A stretch of DNA of 63,383 bases, counting the filler, from Choristocarpus tenellus KU-1152 (Eukaryota; Protista; Phaeophyceae): assembly GCA_964200185.2 (NCBI GenBank). It is 6 parts of 6 records of this genome, joined end to end, with 100 filler letters (N's around TTAATTAATTAA, not from the genome) between each part and the next. Parts side by side here need not be neighbours in the genome. Positions count along the whole stretch, not along the records: positions 1 to 24,594 come from CAXNAD020000207.1; 5 more parts are not named here. One strand, 5' to 3'. The position numbers and the translations under genes are program-made. The stretch's first letter is position 1. The number at the start of each line of letters is the position of its first letter. The notes below the pieces were generated by a model. The model searched no databases, had not been told where the DNA came from, and saw only the letters and a list, made by a program, of their open reading frames with translations. This document shows positions 1 through 14,259 of the stretch, one piece after another.

Positions 1-1700
1 GGGGGCGGGCGGGGGAGGGGGGTGGACGAAGGTGAGCGGGTGGGGAGGGGACAAAAGAATAATGATTTAATACACGCGTTTAGATTTATTGTTTTGCACT
101 TCACACCTAAACGTCTCAAAATTGCGCTCGTGGGAAAAACTGAATTTATGCCTTCAAAGGGAGCTACCGAGACATCTCCCGGCTAGCCAACTACGAAATA
201 CTGATTTTCATGTTATGCACACCAGTATTATGTAAGGCTTGAGGGACATCTGTGGCAATGCAACAGAAAAAAGGGAACGAAAATCGAAGGAATGCTTTGA
301 GATACCATGCAAGAAAGTCAAGAGGTAGGCTAGCAGGTATTTTTATGTTACTAGAGGAGCCTCTTGCCCCATTAGTCTTGGCATAGCTCACAGACCGTGC
401 CGTGATAATCTTGAAATACAGGAGAAATTATTAGAGTGACAACCGGGCTTGGTGTAGGTGCTAAGAACGGCGGATATTCGTAAAATTTTTATTGGAAGAT
501 ACAACTTGCATAATGCTTCGCGGAGTCGACCTTTTGCGGAGGTTTCGGCTCATCTCTCTCTTCCTACTTGTTTGGAAGTTTCGTTTTAGATATTGGTTAG
601 GGTAGTTATTCCAAGTGATCAATGAGCAATAAAGCAAACCGTCAACAGTTTCATACATGGAGCATTATCGTGCTCGACAAACCTCTCTTGTCTTTGGGAA
701 AGGAGTCACGAAAGTTGAGAATCGGCCGGCGCATTAGGTGCTTAGTTGTAGGGCGCACCCTTCAATGATGTTAATAATCAATATGTCATATCGAGGTTGA
801 AATAGATCGATGCAATAAAGGGATGATCAAAGGACGTGTACCATCACGTCTCAAATTTCAGTTGGTAACAACAAGATTGTACACCGTACTACTCAAGGCA
901 TGAGAGAAGTATACGTTAAGGTGCTATATCTTCCACATGTGACCACGGAGACATGCAGTAGGACGCGACAGGCTTGACAATATTTGAATGAATCAACTCT
1001 TGCTCACAACACTGCACTAGAATAAGTTCACATTTTTCGTTCCTCACCATCACCCAACACCCATCTATTTTCTATGTACCTTGGGTTATGTCCACCATTA
1101 TTGGGGGCAACACATTCCATACCCGACGCTGCCGAAGACAGACGCGGCTAGCCTTGACGGCTTGTGTCGCCGCCGTTCTCGCAAGGCCTTGCATCTGATC
1201 GAGCTGGGGGATTGGATGGTCAAATGATTGGTTAGGTGCAATACAAAGATAACCTTTGGGAACGATCACATATTGGGCTCCTGGCAATTCCTTACTTGGA
1301 TGAAGACGGTGTCTCTCAACCTCGACCATAATTTCTACTCCAACCTTAACTGATTCCACCACGGTCTCCACACGGGGTTATCTAACCATAAATCCTTACC
1401 TCTACCCACCCTCTACTGAAGTTAAGATTCCACCGTAGGCCCCAGGCCCTCCAGCTCCCACCTCGTGCTGTCACCTCTTGCTTGTTTCACGCTAACCTTG
1501 CTACTTGCTACGATAGGTCTTTCTCCATCCTGGAATACTCGATGAGTGGAAGGCGTTATCCTGCTCATGTATATGATAATACACATTGATTGCCCTTTTT
1601 CAATTATTGATATGTGAAATGTTGAATCTACGTGGACAACAAGTAGTAGAACATCTGTGAAGGCTTGGTACCAGACACGGGGCACCTCGCAGGAGTACCT

Positions 1701-4700
1701 ATGTGTGGAAGAGCAAGGTTTGCTATTTTGTTTATTGCTCAAATTTCCCATCGTTGACCAATGCAATAGACTGTCAAAACTATCTCTTTATTAATGTGAT
1801 ATTTTGTGCGACATACCCATCATGGTACTTCCTCAGCCGATACCTTGGGCAGTGCATGTTCTTCACCGCCGGTAAATCCAACGGGATCGTTCTGACATTA
1901 TTTTTTGTAGTGGGAAGGCATGGGCGCCACTTGTGAACAACACTGGAGACTTCATTTTCAAAGAATAAGGTTACGTTATCCCCTATATACGGTTGTTTGT
2001 CTTGGAAACGTGATGTAGAGAAAAAAAATCCACAATAGATGTACTCACAACGTGAAGTTTGGTATATGTGTATGTAAGCGACCATCTTTAATCCTGATAC
2101 CTCCTCTTTCGTAAGGGTGGAACATCCACTACTCAAATGCAACAACTTGATATATAACTGATTCCGTCACATGTTTTTTCCCCAATACCAGGGTCACGGT
2201 TGAACCAACAACGTTAGCCAACGCGGCTGGGTTACCTTCTGGCACTCGACTACGTAGAGCATCTCAGTGTAAGATACTCGTCTGTTTCCTTTGCTACTGG
2301 CGTTAGGACTTCCTCTGTGTGAGACCTGGTCGTTCCTTCAAGCTCATCGCCTACTCCCTCAATGTGGCTTTCATCCCGTCTGTGCTCTGATTAGACCGCC
2401 CAAGGCATAATGCACATCCTGGCAATGCAGCCCCTGTGCTCTACACGACCAACGGTGGTGGATTTGCTATGCGGGCGATGAGGTGAGTGATGGATTTAGG
2501 TAGGGTAGTTGTTTACAAGATCGACCGTCGACTGTGTTTCCCCGCGAGTCATACAAATACACGCAAACACTATTCCGGGCCTCTTCAGACATCGGACCAT
2601 AAGCACGTACACCTAATCCGATAAAGAACAATTTTATGCCATGCATTAATACACAACTAATACCTCGGGAAAAATGTTTGAACTTCTAACTTTTAATGGA
2701 TGCAATTTGCTCATCCCACCGCACAGCCTACACTACTGCAGTATTTGACCACTAGGCAGTAGAGCTTCAGCGAACTGGTACATATATCATGCGTCTTTTC
2801 TTCATCCAGGTGGGGACTGGTCCCATCGTACACCAAGCACGGAGAAAGACCCAACCACTTCCGCATGTTCAACGCTAGGAGCGAGACGGTAAGGATTGTC
2901 GTTGAAACCATTGTAGACCTAATGTTCTTTGTACAGGAGGTTAGATGAACGATGTGAGTGGATTTGCTTTGAATTACAACATGGTTTACATCATTAGCAT
3001 GTAACAGACTTGAGGATGGGGTGGGTGTGGTCTGCTATGTGCTAAGTGGGTGTCTACGACTTGTGCGTAAGTTTCATTGGTAGAAAAGCGGCCCATCCAA
3101 ACACTCGTTTAACTTAAATGTGAAAGGAAAAAAAAAATAGTATTAATGTATTTGTTCAATATGTATATATACAGAGATGCGACTTCAGTCAATCAGTGGG
3201 TTCTCCCTGTCGTCTCGCCTATGCTCCCCTATTACGCATTGGTACACCTTTTTTTTATCACCATATCAAGGAATGTGGTACGTTCTTGAGATACCAGAGA
3301 CATTGATCAGCACAAAACTCTGAACTTACAGGTGAGAGAGAGGGCAGCTTTTTCTCGTCTTGTTACACGAAGACGCTGTGTGGTAGGCTTTGATGGTTTC
3401 TACGAATGGAAGTCTGACCAAGGTGGTCAAAAACAGCCCTACTACATACGGCTGAACGATGACCGTCCCATGCTGGTATGTCACCTTCCCTTCCTCACCT
3501 TCCCATTCACCCCCATTCACCCCCCCCCCCCCCCCCCCCCCTCTTTTTTTTTTTCTCTTTTTTCCTTCTATTGTAAGAGGGCGGGTGTGGGGAAAGGGGN
3601 NNNNNNNNNCCCCCCCGTATCTTGCTCTCTTTTTTAAGTCCTCTTTTCCAAGTCCCTCTCCTCCCCCCATCCTTACCACCTTGACCATTCTGCCATTCTA
3701 TCCCTTTAACTCACTTTTTGAAGCTCACTACGAACAAATCCTATCTATTGGAGAGGGCATGTTGTAGTGCGATGATAGTTTTGGATGCCTGCGTGTATCC
3801 TGCACTCGTATGACCACTATCTCCAATGTGCACTTGTCCTTCAGATTGATTGCCATGCCTCTTGATTGGGACTTACACCATAGATCAGAGTCGTGTGTGC
3901 TGAGCCATTGACCAAAGATCATTTATGCATTAGTTCACTCGATGAGTTGTGTGTGAAAAATCATCTGTATGTTATCGTAGAGGCTAGGCAAGTTTCTGCT
4001 CCAAAAACGAATCCAGTCATTGATCTATCATTCATCTTGTCAAAATGCATACTTTTCTTGCATGAAAAGAAAATGATGTGCTGGAGAAAAAAACGGAAAC
4101 TAGTCTACACAGCTATTTATATTGTGTCTCAACAGATGGGGTTAGTTGTAAAGCACCTACAAATTACTATATTCATGTTCAATGCCACAACATTTGTTCA
4201 CCAAACAAGGGTTGTTCACCCTTCTAACATTCATAGGTGAGTAGCACATGTATGTTAGGTAAAGATGGATATCACAGCCACATATTTGTAAAATCTCATA
4301 GCTCATGAAAGCTGTGAGTTGAATGATTTGCAGATATTTTATTTACCCACAAATTTTTCATGTGTTGATGACTTAGCCCGCGAGCGGTCTAACATATGGT
4401 ATCTTCAATGCAGTGTGATGCAGTGCTTTCTCTTGTACGCTTGCACTAGTTCCTATTTGGCTGATTCCCATCCCCCTTGTGCCGTTCCCATTTCTCTTTG
4501 TTGGGGTATCTTACAGGTGGCAGCCCTCTATGACACGTGGCGATTGCCTGATGAGGACTTGCAGGAAACAGGGAAAGACAAAGAGCGGTTTGGCACAATG
4601 AAGGGAAGCAAGGATGGGGGTGATGGTGGCATTGCTGATGGAAAGAGCAGCTCAGGGGGAGGGAGGGAGGGGACAAGGACAGAAGAAGAGGAGGAGGAGG

Positions 4701-7700
4701 AGGAGGAGGATGAGGGGGGGCAGTTGATGTTCACGTTTACGCTGCTTACAACTGGTTCCTCATCCTCCTTCAAGTATTTGCATGACAGGTATTTCAAGGA
4801 CATGGTTGATTTTGGTTTTAAAAAGAAAAAATGGAGCCAAAGCATACAGAAGCCGCGACTAAACTACTCCTTACAGAGGTATCCTAATGTTTGTGCCACA
4901 TCTACCCCTTTGTACTTTGACCTTTATCTTCTGTCTTATTGGTATGGTGTTAACTGCGTGCACCCCACTTCTACCTCCTTCTGGCCCCCCATACCCACTC
5001 GTGCGTTTACATTCTGCAGGATGCCTGTCATACTTGACAGGGAGGCATCGCTGATATGGATGGAAGAAGACAGCAAAGCGGTATGAAGTCCCTCGGTCTC
5101 ATGTGAAAAAAAGTTTAATAAGATATACTTTCCACATAGACGAGCCTTTGTCATAATACTGAGTGCTCTGAAGTGTGTACTAGCACAAGTGTACTTTAGC
5201 AGGAGGGTTCTTCGTGAGTCGTTGTGGGGTGTGCGTTGCAGTTTTTTCAATATTACTGATGTTGTTTGCGCTTGTCCCTTTTGTGTGTCTCCAATACCTG
5301 TGTAGGCTTGTTTCTTGTGTGTGTGTTTTTTGTGCTTGACTTGCTGAAGAAATCTATGACCAATGGACGCCTGCAATGAGCTCCATCAGTAGCAAGGACA
5401 CATAATTTTTTTTATGGATTCCTGTGCTTGTGCCTGTGTTCCACTTAATGGAAGCACCGAGACGGACCATACAGCCCGTCTACCGAATCGTTTGGGCTCT
5501 CCCCATCTTTAGTTATGGATCCTGTTGGAGACTGTTTGTTGTGGGTATTTTTTTATTGTGCTGTATGATTAACCATCGTACTATTCAAGTATTGCATCTC
5601 CAACAAGGTTCAGCTCTTAAGAGGTGGCTACTAGATGAGTTACAAAGGTATAGGTACATGAAGCAGGCATCATGCACTTCCTTCCCATCGCCATATGCTT
5701 ACTAACTACCCTCCCCTCACTGCCTCTTCTGCACACATCCCGATACTGAAAATGGTAGGCGTTGACTCTGCTGTCCAAATTCCAAGCCTATGATCGTCCG
5801 GATCTAGTTTGGCACCCAGTGACCAGGCAGATGAACAATCTTAGGTGCGTGGTATGACTGATGCTTACTATGTTGCCAACATCGCATTGGCCTCTACTGT
5901 GTAACTGTTTACTTACTCTTGTCCTATTGTAGTGATTTTTTTGAGCCACTAAGATGTGAGTGTGTTGAATTCTATTCTCTGTACAACTCTTCACAGTTGG
6001 GCAATCAACTGAGGTCACTGACTGATAGGTAGGTCTCCCTTTCATCCACAGGAAAAGAAAAGTTTTCTAGTTAAAGAGAATTCAACATAAGGGGACTAGT
6101 GTGCACACAGCAGCACGCAGTGCATACCCAAAGAGCATGATGTACCCACTACTGTCAGGAATCGAAAGCATTCATGGGCAAGTTCTTTTGATTTGGAAAG
6201 TTTCCATATATTTGTACATGATCGAAATGTGGACACAGCAAACAAATTAAGGTTCACAAAAGACAGTACAGTGGAAATTTACCAACAATTTTCTGTTCGA
6301 TAATCACGACTTAATCAAAGCATAGTGATTGGGTCACTATGATTTATTACTATTATTCCAGATGCATGTAGTAAGGAGGCAAATGGAATATCTACTGGAA
6401 TTTTTGAGGAGGACAACAAGTATTTTGGAATGTAGGGGCAAGGTGGAGGGCATGAAGTTGGTTTTGAAGTCCTTACTCCTCTCAGAACCCCAGATATGGG
6501 TCACTTGAGGGCTGAATTGGAGTGAATTATTCAACCTCCCAAAGTAGGCCGAAGGCATTCAGAGCATTGCAAAATCTGCTGCAGGTTGGTTCATCCCATG
6601 AAATATATATTTGGGCTTGCTCTCCTTGATGCCTGTTGAAGAAGAGTGGAATTGACAGCTGGAGAGTGACCTGGAGTGATGCTGTATGGAGGTATCGACA
6701 GCCTGAAAACATTGACACCCTACCTTCCTACAGTAGCAATGTAGGTCACTTCTGCATGCTGATTCTAGCCAAAGGAGATAGTGACTTGGATTGGTACCAT
6801 AGGGAGGTAGTTTGTCCCGAAATGCTGATACGTTACCTTTCTACAGTACCAATCTAGTTCACTTTCCACCTGACTGTGCCCTCTTCTTCCTCCACTTCCT
6901 CGCTTGCTATCCTCAAGGCCTCAGGAATAAAGATAAATAGACTGGCAGGGATTCTCCTGGATTGGTACTGCAGGCAGCTTGACCTGCCCATACCTCCTTT
7001 CGTTACCTGTCTAGGTCACTTTCTGCTTGCCTATTCCTTTCTTCTTTCTTGGGAACCACACAAACCATTCTTGTTGCCTATAAAATATGAGAGGAGTGGA
7101 CAGGTTAAGAGTGAGCAATCTTTTTTACATTTCACCTGATTGTTTCGCTTTTCTTACTCCACAACCTTGCTCGTTATCCTCAACACTTACGGCAAGAGAA
7201 AGGAATAGGTCGGTGGAGATTGACTTGGATTGCTACTGTAGGCACCTTAACGTGCTGAACCTCCCTACAGTCCAAATGTAGATCACCTTCTGCTTGCCTA
7301 TTCCTCTCCTCTTCCTCTGCTATGTCGCCCACTATACTTGATGTATAAAGTTGTAAGAATGGGCAGGCGGAGAGTGACCTGGATTGGTGTTGAAGGGAGG
7401 AATTGGTGACTAGACACGCCAATACCTCCATACAACACAAATCTAGGGCAAGAGCGTAACTGCCAAAACCTCCCTACACTACCAATCCAGGTGACATCCT
7501 GGCTGCCTATACCTCTGTTCTTCTTCCATTACCTCGCCTACTGTCTTTGGTGCTTCCACCCTTCCCACTCCTGGTTTACATCACCTGCATCCCCAACACC
7601 TGTCCTTTGTCAGAGGTCTGGTCTCAATTTTTGCCTCAACTCCTCTCCCTTCATCTGCCATCTGGTATGAGATATGCAGATCTCTATTAGATTCCAGGCA

Positions 7701-10463
7701 TAAGTTTGCATAATCTTCGCTTGTTTTTGGTGCTTGTCTCAGTCCTTAGTTTAGCCATTGTGCATAGGACACGTTCATACACATTTTGGTTCCACTTAAA
7801 TCTTTGGGTGATGGAAAATTCCGTGTAGATAGGTACTACTAAAGGAATGTGTTCCTTCTCGTGCAATATGTGTTCCCAGACCCTTTTTGTGCTAGACTTG
7901 TTGTTTCTTGATGTTAGCCTGGTGGGCCTGGGTATCAGACACATGCTCGAAAGGTAGCCTACATTGGAAGCAATAAACGTGAACGAAAGCAGCAAGATGA
8001 AAGGAGAAAAAAATTTATCAAGGGGAAGTTTGTTTGAGACAAGACACTCCTCATTGGTACTCAACAGAGAAGGGGAAGTCACTCGGCAATCCTATCCATC
8101 TATTCAAGGCCTACTCACTGTGTTTCACTAAGAAATAGAAAACATAAAAACAACCGCAAATTATTCACAAGGTAATATTGAGCAGGCATGTGAAGACACG
8201 CACCTGCTTGAGTCACCCTGGTCCAGTTCTCCATCTAGAAGCTACCTAGCAAACATATCTGTCATGGGTAGCCTCTCATCCCACATGCATGACACTGACC
8301 CCACCAACAGGATCCTCCTTTCTGCACAGTTGCCTCAATACTGTCACGCCCAGTCTTGATGACAGCATTCTTATTTGAAACATTTACTTTGTGATGTTGA
8401 TCAACTGTGTAGCCTCTTTTTGAGTCCGCTTCAATGTCCATCCCAATTAGTCTTGATCGATCCCTCTTTTCCTTGCCACCACATCTCCTCGACAAGCCTT
8501 GCGTCTCAAAAATGAATTGTGCAGGATGCTCAACGTGAACATTGGAGTCAATACTGTTGCTTTCTCCCACACACACTACATTTTGGCACACCATTCTTGT
8601 AACAGAGACCCACATCTTTGTCATGCATATAAATGCACATTGGAGGGTGACAACTTAGACCTGTCCTTGCAGATCTTGAGGAAGGTGGTAGGCAAGTTCA
8701 TTGTAGTTTCATTAGTGTATAACGCAAATATCTCAGTCACACTGTGATTGCTGATCTGTGTGGACTACTGACAACCCAGTCAAGGGACATTCCATTGAGG
8801 TTGACCAATTTGGCTAGCAATGCCTGCCAGTCCAGAATCCACGTGCAAGTCTTCTGTGATGCTGAAATGTAGGGAATAGTAATTTTACTGTGCATGTGAT
8901 TGTTAAGTTTCTTGATCTTGATTCATGTGAACATCACAATGAGTTATCATTCACTATACTCTCTTTCAGCACTGCACTACCATCCACAGCCCTGATGGAT
9001 GAATCATGTGCTGAGCAAAGTAGCAAGTATTTTTAGGGTCCAAACGCCTGCCACAAATATTCAATCCTGCCCCTTCAATTGCAACATGTTGAAGACGTAC
9101 ATGCCAAGAATCAGTAGGTTGTGTAGGGGTCATTGCGCCCCTGCTGGCTATGTTTGCTGGTTCTGGAGGCGGCCTACTCTGTATCTGCAATAATCATATA
9201 CTTGAGTATTTCACATAGCCCGGCAGTGGCCACAGTGGCCATAAAAATAGTGAGACAGTCCTTTCGGAGACACAGGTGATTTGCTGCATCTGATCATTCA
9301 TTGCTCAAAATTGGCAATTCTAGGTTAATATTGACACTCGATCCCAGTAACAGTTGGATGCGATACTGCTATGTAGTATTTTGTATGTAGTGCACGCTCC
9401 TTATGCCGTACAGACACTCAAAACATACGCACAATGATTTTACAAAACAGAACACCTGATGCCTCTGTCCTCACCCTCTCCTTTACATCTTAGAGATGTT
9501 GCATCAACTTGTGAATCCCTTTAGGTTCTCTGCTTGTCTTAAAGGAATATTTGTAGTACTTGCAGTTTGGTGAACATCATTGCACAAACCTTCAGATTGT
9601 TTTACTGATTGACTTCCCTGAAACCCCTATGCCCCACTCCCTGCACCTTCTCCTATCTTTGCCATCAATACACACACAACAGCTTTGAGGATCCCTGTTG
9701 TAGTGAGGAAGTCAAGCTCAAGACTCCTGCACCCATCACTAACTTCTTCTTGCCCAAGCAGACCAAGCAATTACAGCAGAGAGGGGGGGTACCTGGATTT
9801 AGGAGCACTTGCTCTTTGCCTGGACATATGAGACGAGGGGGAGAACCTCTTCCTAAAGCAGCACAGAGTCAGACACCTGTTCCTGACCTTTCTTCTGGAG
9901 TCTCACTTATTGTTTCCACTTCTTATGCAGCGAGTGGTGAGATGTCATCGGCAGCATCTTCTCCAGTATTGGAGAAGGATATGCAATGGCTGGAGAACAC
10001 AGAGGAAGTGTTGAAGGGCACTGGTAATGATTCCAGTTGTCCATCTTCTCCGACTAAAGGGGGCCTTAGTACTTGTGTCGTGTCGGGAAGCCTCTGCAGA
10101 GTGGTCAATGATGAGAGTCATGAGAAATCACATCAGGCACCTGCAGCTGCAAAGGAGGATAGTGGGAATAGTGGTTGGGAGTATGCCCTTTGCTTGTCTG
10201 TAAATAAGGTGTCAGATATGTCTGGCACCGATTCACCTGGTTCCACTGTCCAAGATCCAATTGGAAGAACCTCATCCTCTTCGCTGAGGGGAAAGAGAAT
10301 TAAACCTGATAGTAGTGTATCAACTAACCCCTATACAAAGCGACATGCACAGGTCAGAGGTAAGGGAGGGTTGGGCATCAAGCACAAAACAGGAGTCAAT
10401 GGTACTACAGGGGGTACAAAGAAGCAGGCTAAACTCACAGGGTTCTTTTCGCCAAAGAACTGA
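1701..10463 (+). CDS. HMCES: SRAP-domain abasic-site processing protein (HMCES/YedK family), ~534 aa, 9 exons: 1701-1717, 2192-2268, 2395-2482, 2810-2888, 3332-3475, 4517-4788, 5020-5080, 5759-5844, 9683-10463
   Basis: GT-AG splicing gives a continuous frame (1605 nt) starting MCGRAR (catalytic Cys2) and containing the SRAP motifs MRWGLVP, FNARSET, RRCVVGFDGFYEWK, KQPYYI, ALYDTW, TFTLLT, LHDRMPVIL and WHPVTRQMNN; disordered C-terminus ends KKQAKLTGFFSPKN*. Confidence 0.95.
6648..7515. repeat. Array of ~5 related foldback (inverted-repeat) units in HMCES intron 8
   Basis: Recurrent arm GGAGAGTGACCTGGATTGGTACTGTAGGGAGG (approximate consensus) and its reverse complement in units at ~6648-6761, 6770-6880, 6935-7037, 7201-7305 and 7357-7515. 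Confidence 0.75.
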
Positions 10464-11739
10464 TTTCTGTGCGTTGTTGTCATCTTCCATTGGAGTGTTG
10501 ATTGATCTGTTGAGGCAGCCCTTGTATTTTGGAAGGCTTCAATAGATTGAAGGAACAGCCGCAGTGCCTTCCTCAAGATAAAAGTAAAACCAAGTTGCTT
10601 TACCGTGCTAATTTGGTATGGTTGATGCTGAGCCATCTCATCGTGTGTGTTAGATGCTTTTTTTAACTGTGGTAGGATGACATGACTGTGGATAATCATC
10701 TCTCACTTCGTACCAATATATATATATATAGTGTACACATGATTTAGGTACAAAATAGAAGAGGATACTCTACATGCAAAGGACTTCGGTTGGTAGATAT
10801 TATACACAAGACAAAATGTTTCACATCTGAATCTGGGGCTTGTAAAAAATTTCATTTGCTGAAACATCAAACCCAGTCCATTTTTCACATGGAATCTAAT
10901 TCTTATTACCTTGTTGCACACATTTATCTCATCGAAGTTCTTTATACAAGACATTTGCTAAGTCACACGTTTGATACCTTTTGGCTATCCACTGTGCCAT
11001 ATCAACACAATCGTCCAGAATGAATATATGTATGGTAACAGTTTGTGTACCACATTGTGTTTAACTCAACTTAAACAATGGATTCAAAAGAGAAGATACA
11101 GTTTTCAGAGGGGTGTTGGTTATGAAATCTCCTACAATATCTCAAAAAGTGCTCTAAGGTAAAACCTCAACATTAGAAAGAAAATGATATTTTTAGTATC
11201 TTGTTCTTACCTACAGGTCTGGGACCGCTGAAGACTAGACTGATGCAAGGTACAATTCTACAAAATTGACAAAAGTTTTGCTTTTCTCATAAGTGAGAAT
11301 AATGTACGTACAACAGTACGAGCATCCTAACACAGGTAGATAGATGCGTCCATATACTGATGCATGAGCTTGAAAATTGAAGCTCTTAGTAAGGTGAGCA
11401 AAATAACTGCCTGAAAGGGCCAAAACATTTTCAGGTGCATGGAGAAGGAATGGCAGCCTTTTTTGAAGTGACTAGTAATAAAGAGGGTTCAGGAGCACAC
11501 ATGAAATCAAGAATGTGTTTACACACCCAATCTCATCCACTCAGGGGATGCCAGCAAGGGAAGGACCAGATTTCCAGAACAGGCCATGACCATGAGCCTA
11601 AATGTGACTTCAAGGATTGGGCCAAGCAAAACTCGATCAAAACTCCTTCACAATGCAAGAGACTGACCTCCACACTCTGCCAGAGTACAGGTTATCAAAA
11701 GGAGGCTAACAAAAACAAAAATAACCACGTAAACATAGA

Positions 11740-13771
11740 TCAAACTTCTCTTGAAGAATCATTTCCACCCTTCCACAAGCACACGCTCTTGTCATAGGAG
11801 GCGGTAATCAGGACTGGTGCAGAGGGGTGATGGTATATATCCCGAACAACTGATGTGTGACACTTGAGGTGATCAATTATTCTCCTGAAAAAAATTGAGG
11901 TGTGGACAATTCCACAACAAAACAAAAATAAACAACAGATTAGTGAGGCTGGAAATGGGATTGAGTGTTAATAGTGTGGACAAAGTTAGGACTGAAACCA
12001 GCTAGAGGCAGACTTCCAGGGACAAACAAATCTGCACCTAGGTGATTTTCTCAACATTGGTGTGGTACTTACACACTCATCCACCGTTTCACGTATCTAT
12101 GCTCTGCCTCTCCAACTCTGTTGCTTTCGAATAAAAACTCAAGGGTAGTTTTGTGTTTCATCTATCTCACCAACTGTCTCTCTCTCGCTCATATACTCCC
12201 CCCCTATCCAGACAACATGCAGGGGGGAAAGGTTTGAAACAAAATTACAGCAAAAAAAAGTATAGCAACAAGTAGACAAGTAACGCTGCAGTGCAATTTT
12301 GTTGTTGAACAAATATTTTGTGTTACTGCTCAGCCTTACAAATCTAGAGTAACCCCACACATCAACGTACCCGGAGGCAAGGCAGTGCAGATGGATATCA
12401 TGGTCTGCAGAACTGTTGCAGTATGAGAAGGCTCCTGAAGGATCCCATGCCACCCTCGGCTGAAAATAAGCATCGGTGGAGTGTCCCACCAGTGTACGGA
12501 CATGATGGTTTTTGCCCACGGGATACAGGATATTCCTGCACTCAGAAAGTTTTGGCAGAGTTAAGGGACAACAGATGAAAGATCTAGATGCCAGAAGCAG
12601 TAACTTGTCAAGATCTCGCACTTTATTAACAGTCTATCACATGCAATGCAATGTTGAAGCGCCTTGTTCTTTCTGACTTCTGAAGATACCGTAAAAACCA
12701 ACACTACACGACAAACAAAAGAGCAGCAGGGCAAAAAAAATAGATCGTGCAGAACAGCAGAACAGCAGAACAGATCGATTCATCGAAAGTTTGCACATGA
12801 TGTGTTACACCTCAAGAGGATTTGCAACGTCAAAATCTAGAAGAAAAAAAAATTGAAGATCAATTGCACTCCGTTGTTTGCTTGTCTACTGCGATTGCAA
12901 GAATCTTAGGAAGGCACAATGGAAAATCTTCAATGCTTGAGATTAAATGTGTCATTCCTCACCGCTGTATCCAGCCTCCACATCATGTTTTTGCAATCAA
13001 TACCTGTGTAAGCTTGATATTACTATGATCATTACTCTTTCGTGGTAACTCAGGGACTAGAACTCCATCAAGAGAAACTGTCAATGACAAACCTGTTCTT
13101 ATCTGTAGCAGCAAGAAGGTACTTCCCATCAGGAGACACAGAGAGGCCCATGATATTGAAAGACACATGAGCATCCCAGTCACGCTCATTGAGGCTGACC
13201 TGCAGGTTGCCCACACAAAACATCCAGGTACAACACAATCCAAACAAGAGGACAAGATCATATTCTTGATGGTCCTCTGTGGTACAAGCACAGGCAAAAA
13301 AGACAATACAATTAAAGTGACCTGCATCGTCCCATGATATCCCCCACATGTTAAGCACTAGTGCATTACACAAGCACGGGTGGACTTTGGAACGTAAGAA
13401 CTGGTCCCAGACAATGGCATAGTGGAGCAGTCTAAGAAGGACACTGGTAGTTTCTACCAGCATCTAACTCACCTTACGCTGCTGCAAGGTGTCAATATTG
13501 ACATACATGAGGTGAGGCTGATTTCGGGCTGCAACTACTAGGTCCAGGGCGCCTCCACTCCCTCGGACGAACTCCAAACACTCTATAGCCTCGGAAAAGT
13601 ACAGCTTGCGGATCTAAAATCACAACACAAATTACACACATAGTGCGTGGGCGTGGGCGGGCGGGCGGGGGGGGGGGGGGGGGGGGAAGAAGAAACCAGT
13701 GCAAGAGAGGGGGGGAACGGGTGAGGGGGTGGTTTTATTAAGACAGGAAAACAAAAAAGCAANNNNNNNNN

Positions 13772-13832
<61 letters not shown>

Positions 13833-14204
13833 AAGACAGAACCAATGAAGAAGCAGGGGGCAAAGAGTTGCATGGTTGGTTTTGAAACAGAGGAAAAAGC
13901 AAATCGCAAGGCTTCTGTGCCAGCTGTTCGTTGTTGAAACCCTGTCTCCGTATAACATGTTCTAACCGTTGCAATAACTCTGGGTAGGACGCAACTGGAT
14001 CATGCTCTCTTAGAGCTCAACAAAGGCAGCCACATATCCAGCAAATATTCTGGAGCATGAGGTTGTAAGGGTCACACCTCTATTACCCCTACGCACTGGC
14101 GTCCTCACCTGCCCTTTCCTAACCACCCACAGCACCCTGAAGGTTAACACCACCCACCATCAGTACACAACCACCTCCATACTTCTTGCATCACCCAGCC
14201 CCCT

Positions 14205-14259
<55 letters not shown>

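Noticed and set aside
191-1568. Possible divergent minus-strand gene upstream of HMCES (ORFs 1072-1371, 1422-1568, 461-658)
   Set aside because: Donor-like sites exist, but I could not build a phase-consistent model and recognised no domain; it may still be real.
6648-7515. CRISPR-like array
   Set aside because: Units are long degenerate palindromes with irregular spacing in a eukaryotic intron; no cas genes.
13660-13835. Poly-Pro/poly-Gly ORFs from poly-G/C tracts (also 3518-3620, 45530-45640, 52977-53040)
   Set aside because: Intronic or contig-end homopolymers next to N gaps; lengths unreliable and not part of the spliced frames.
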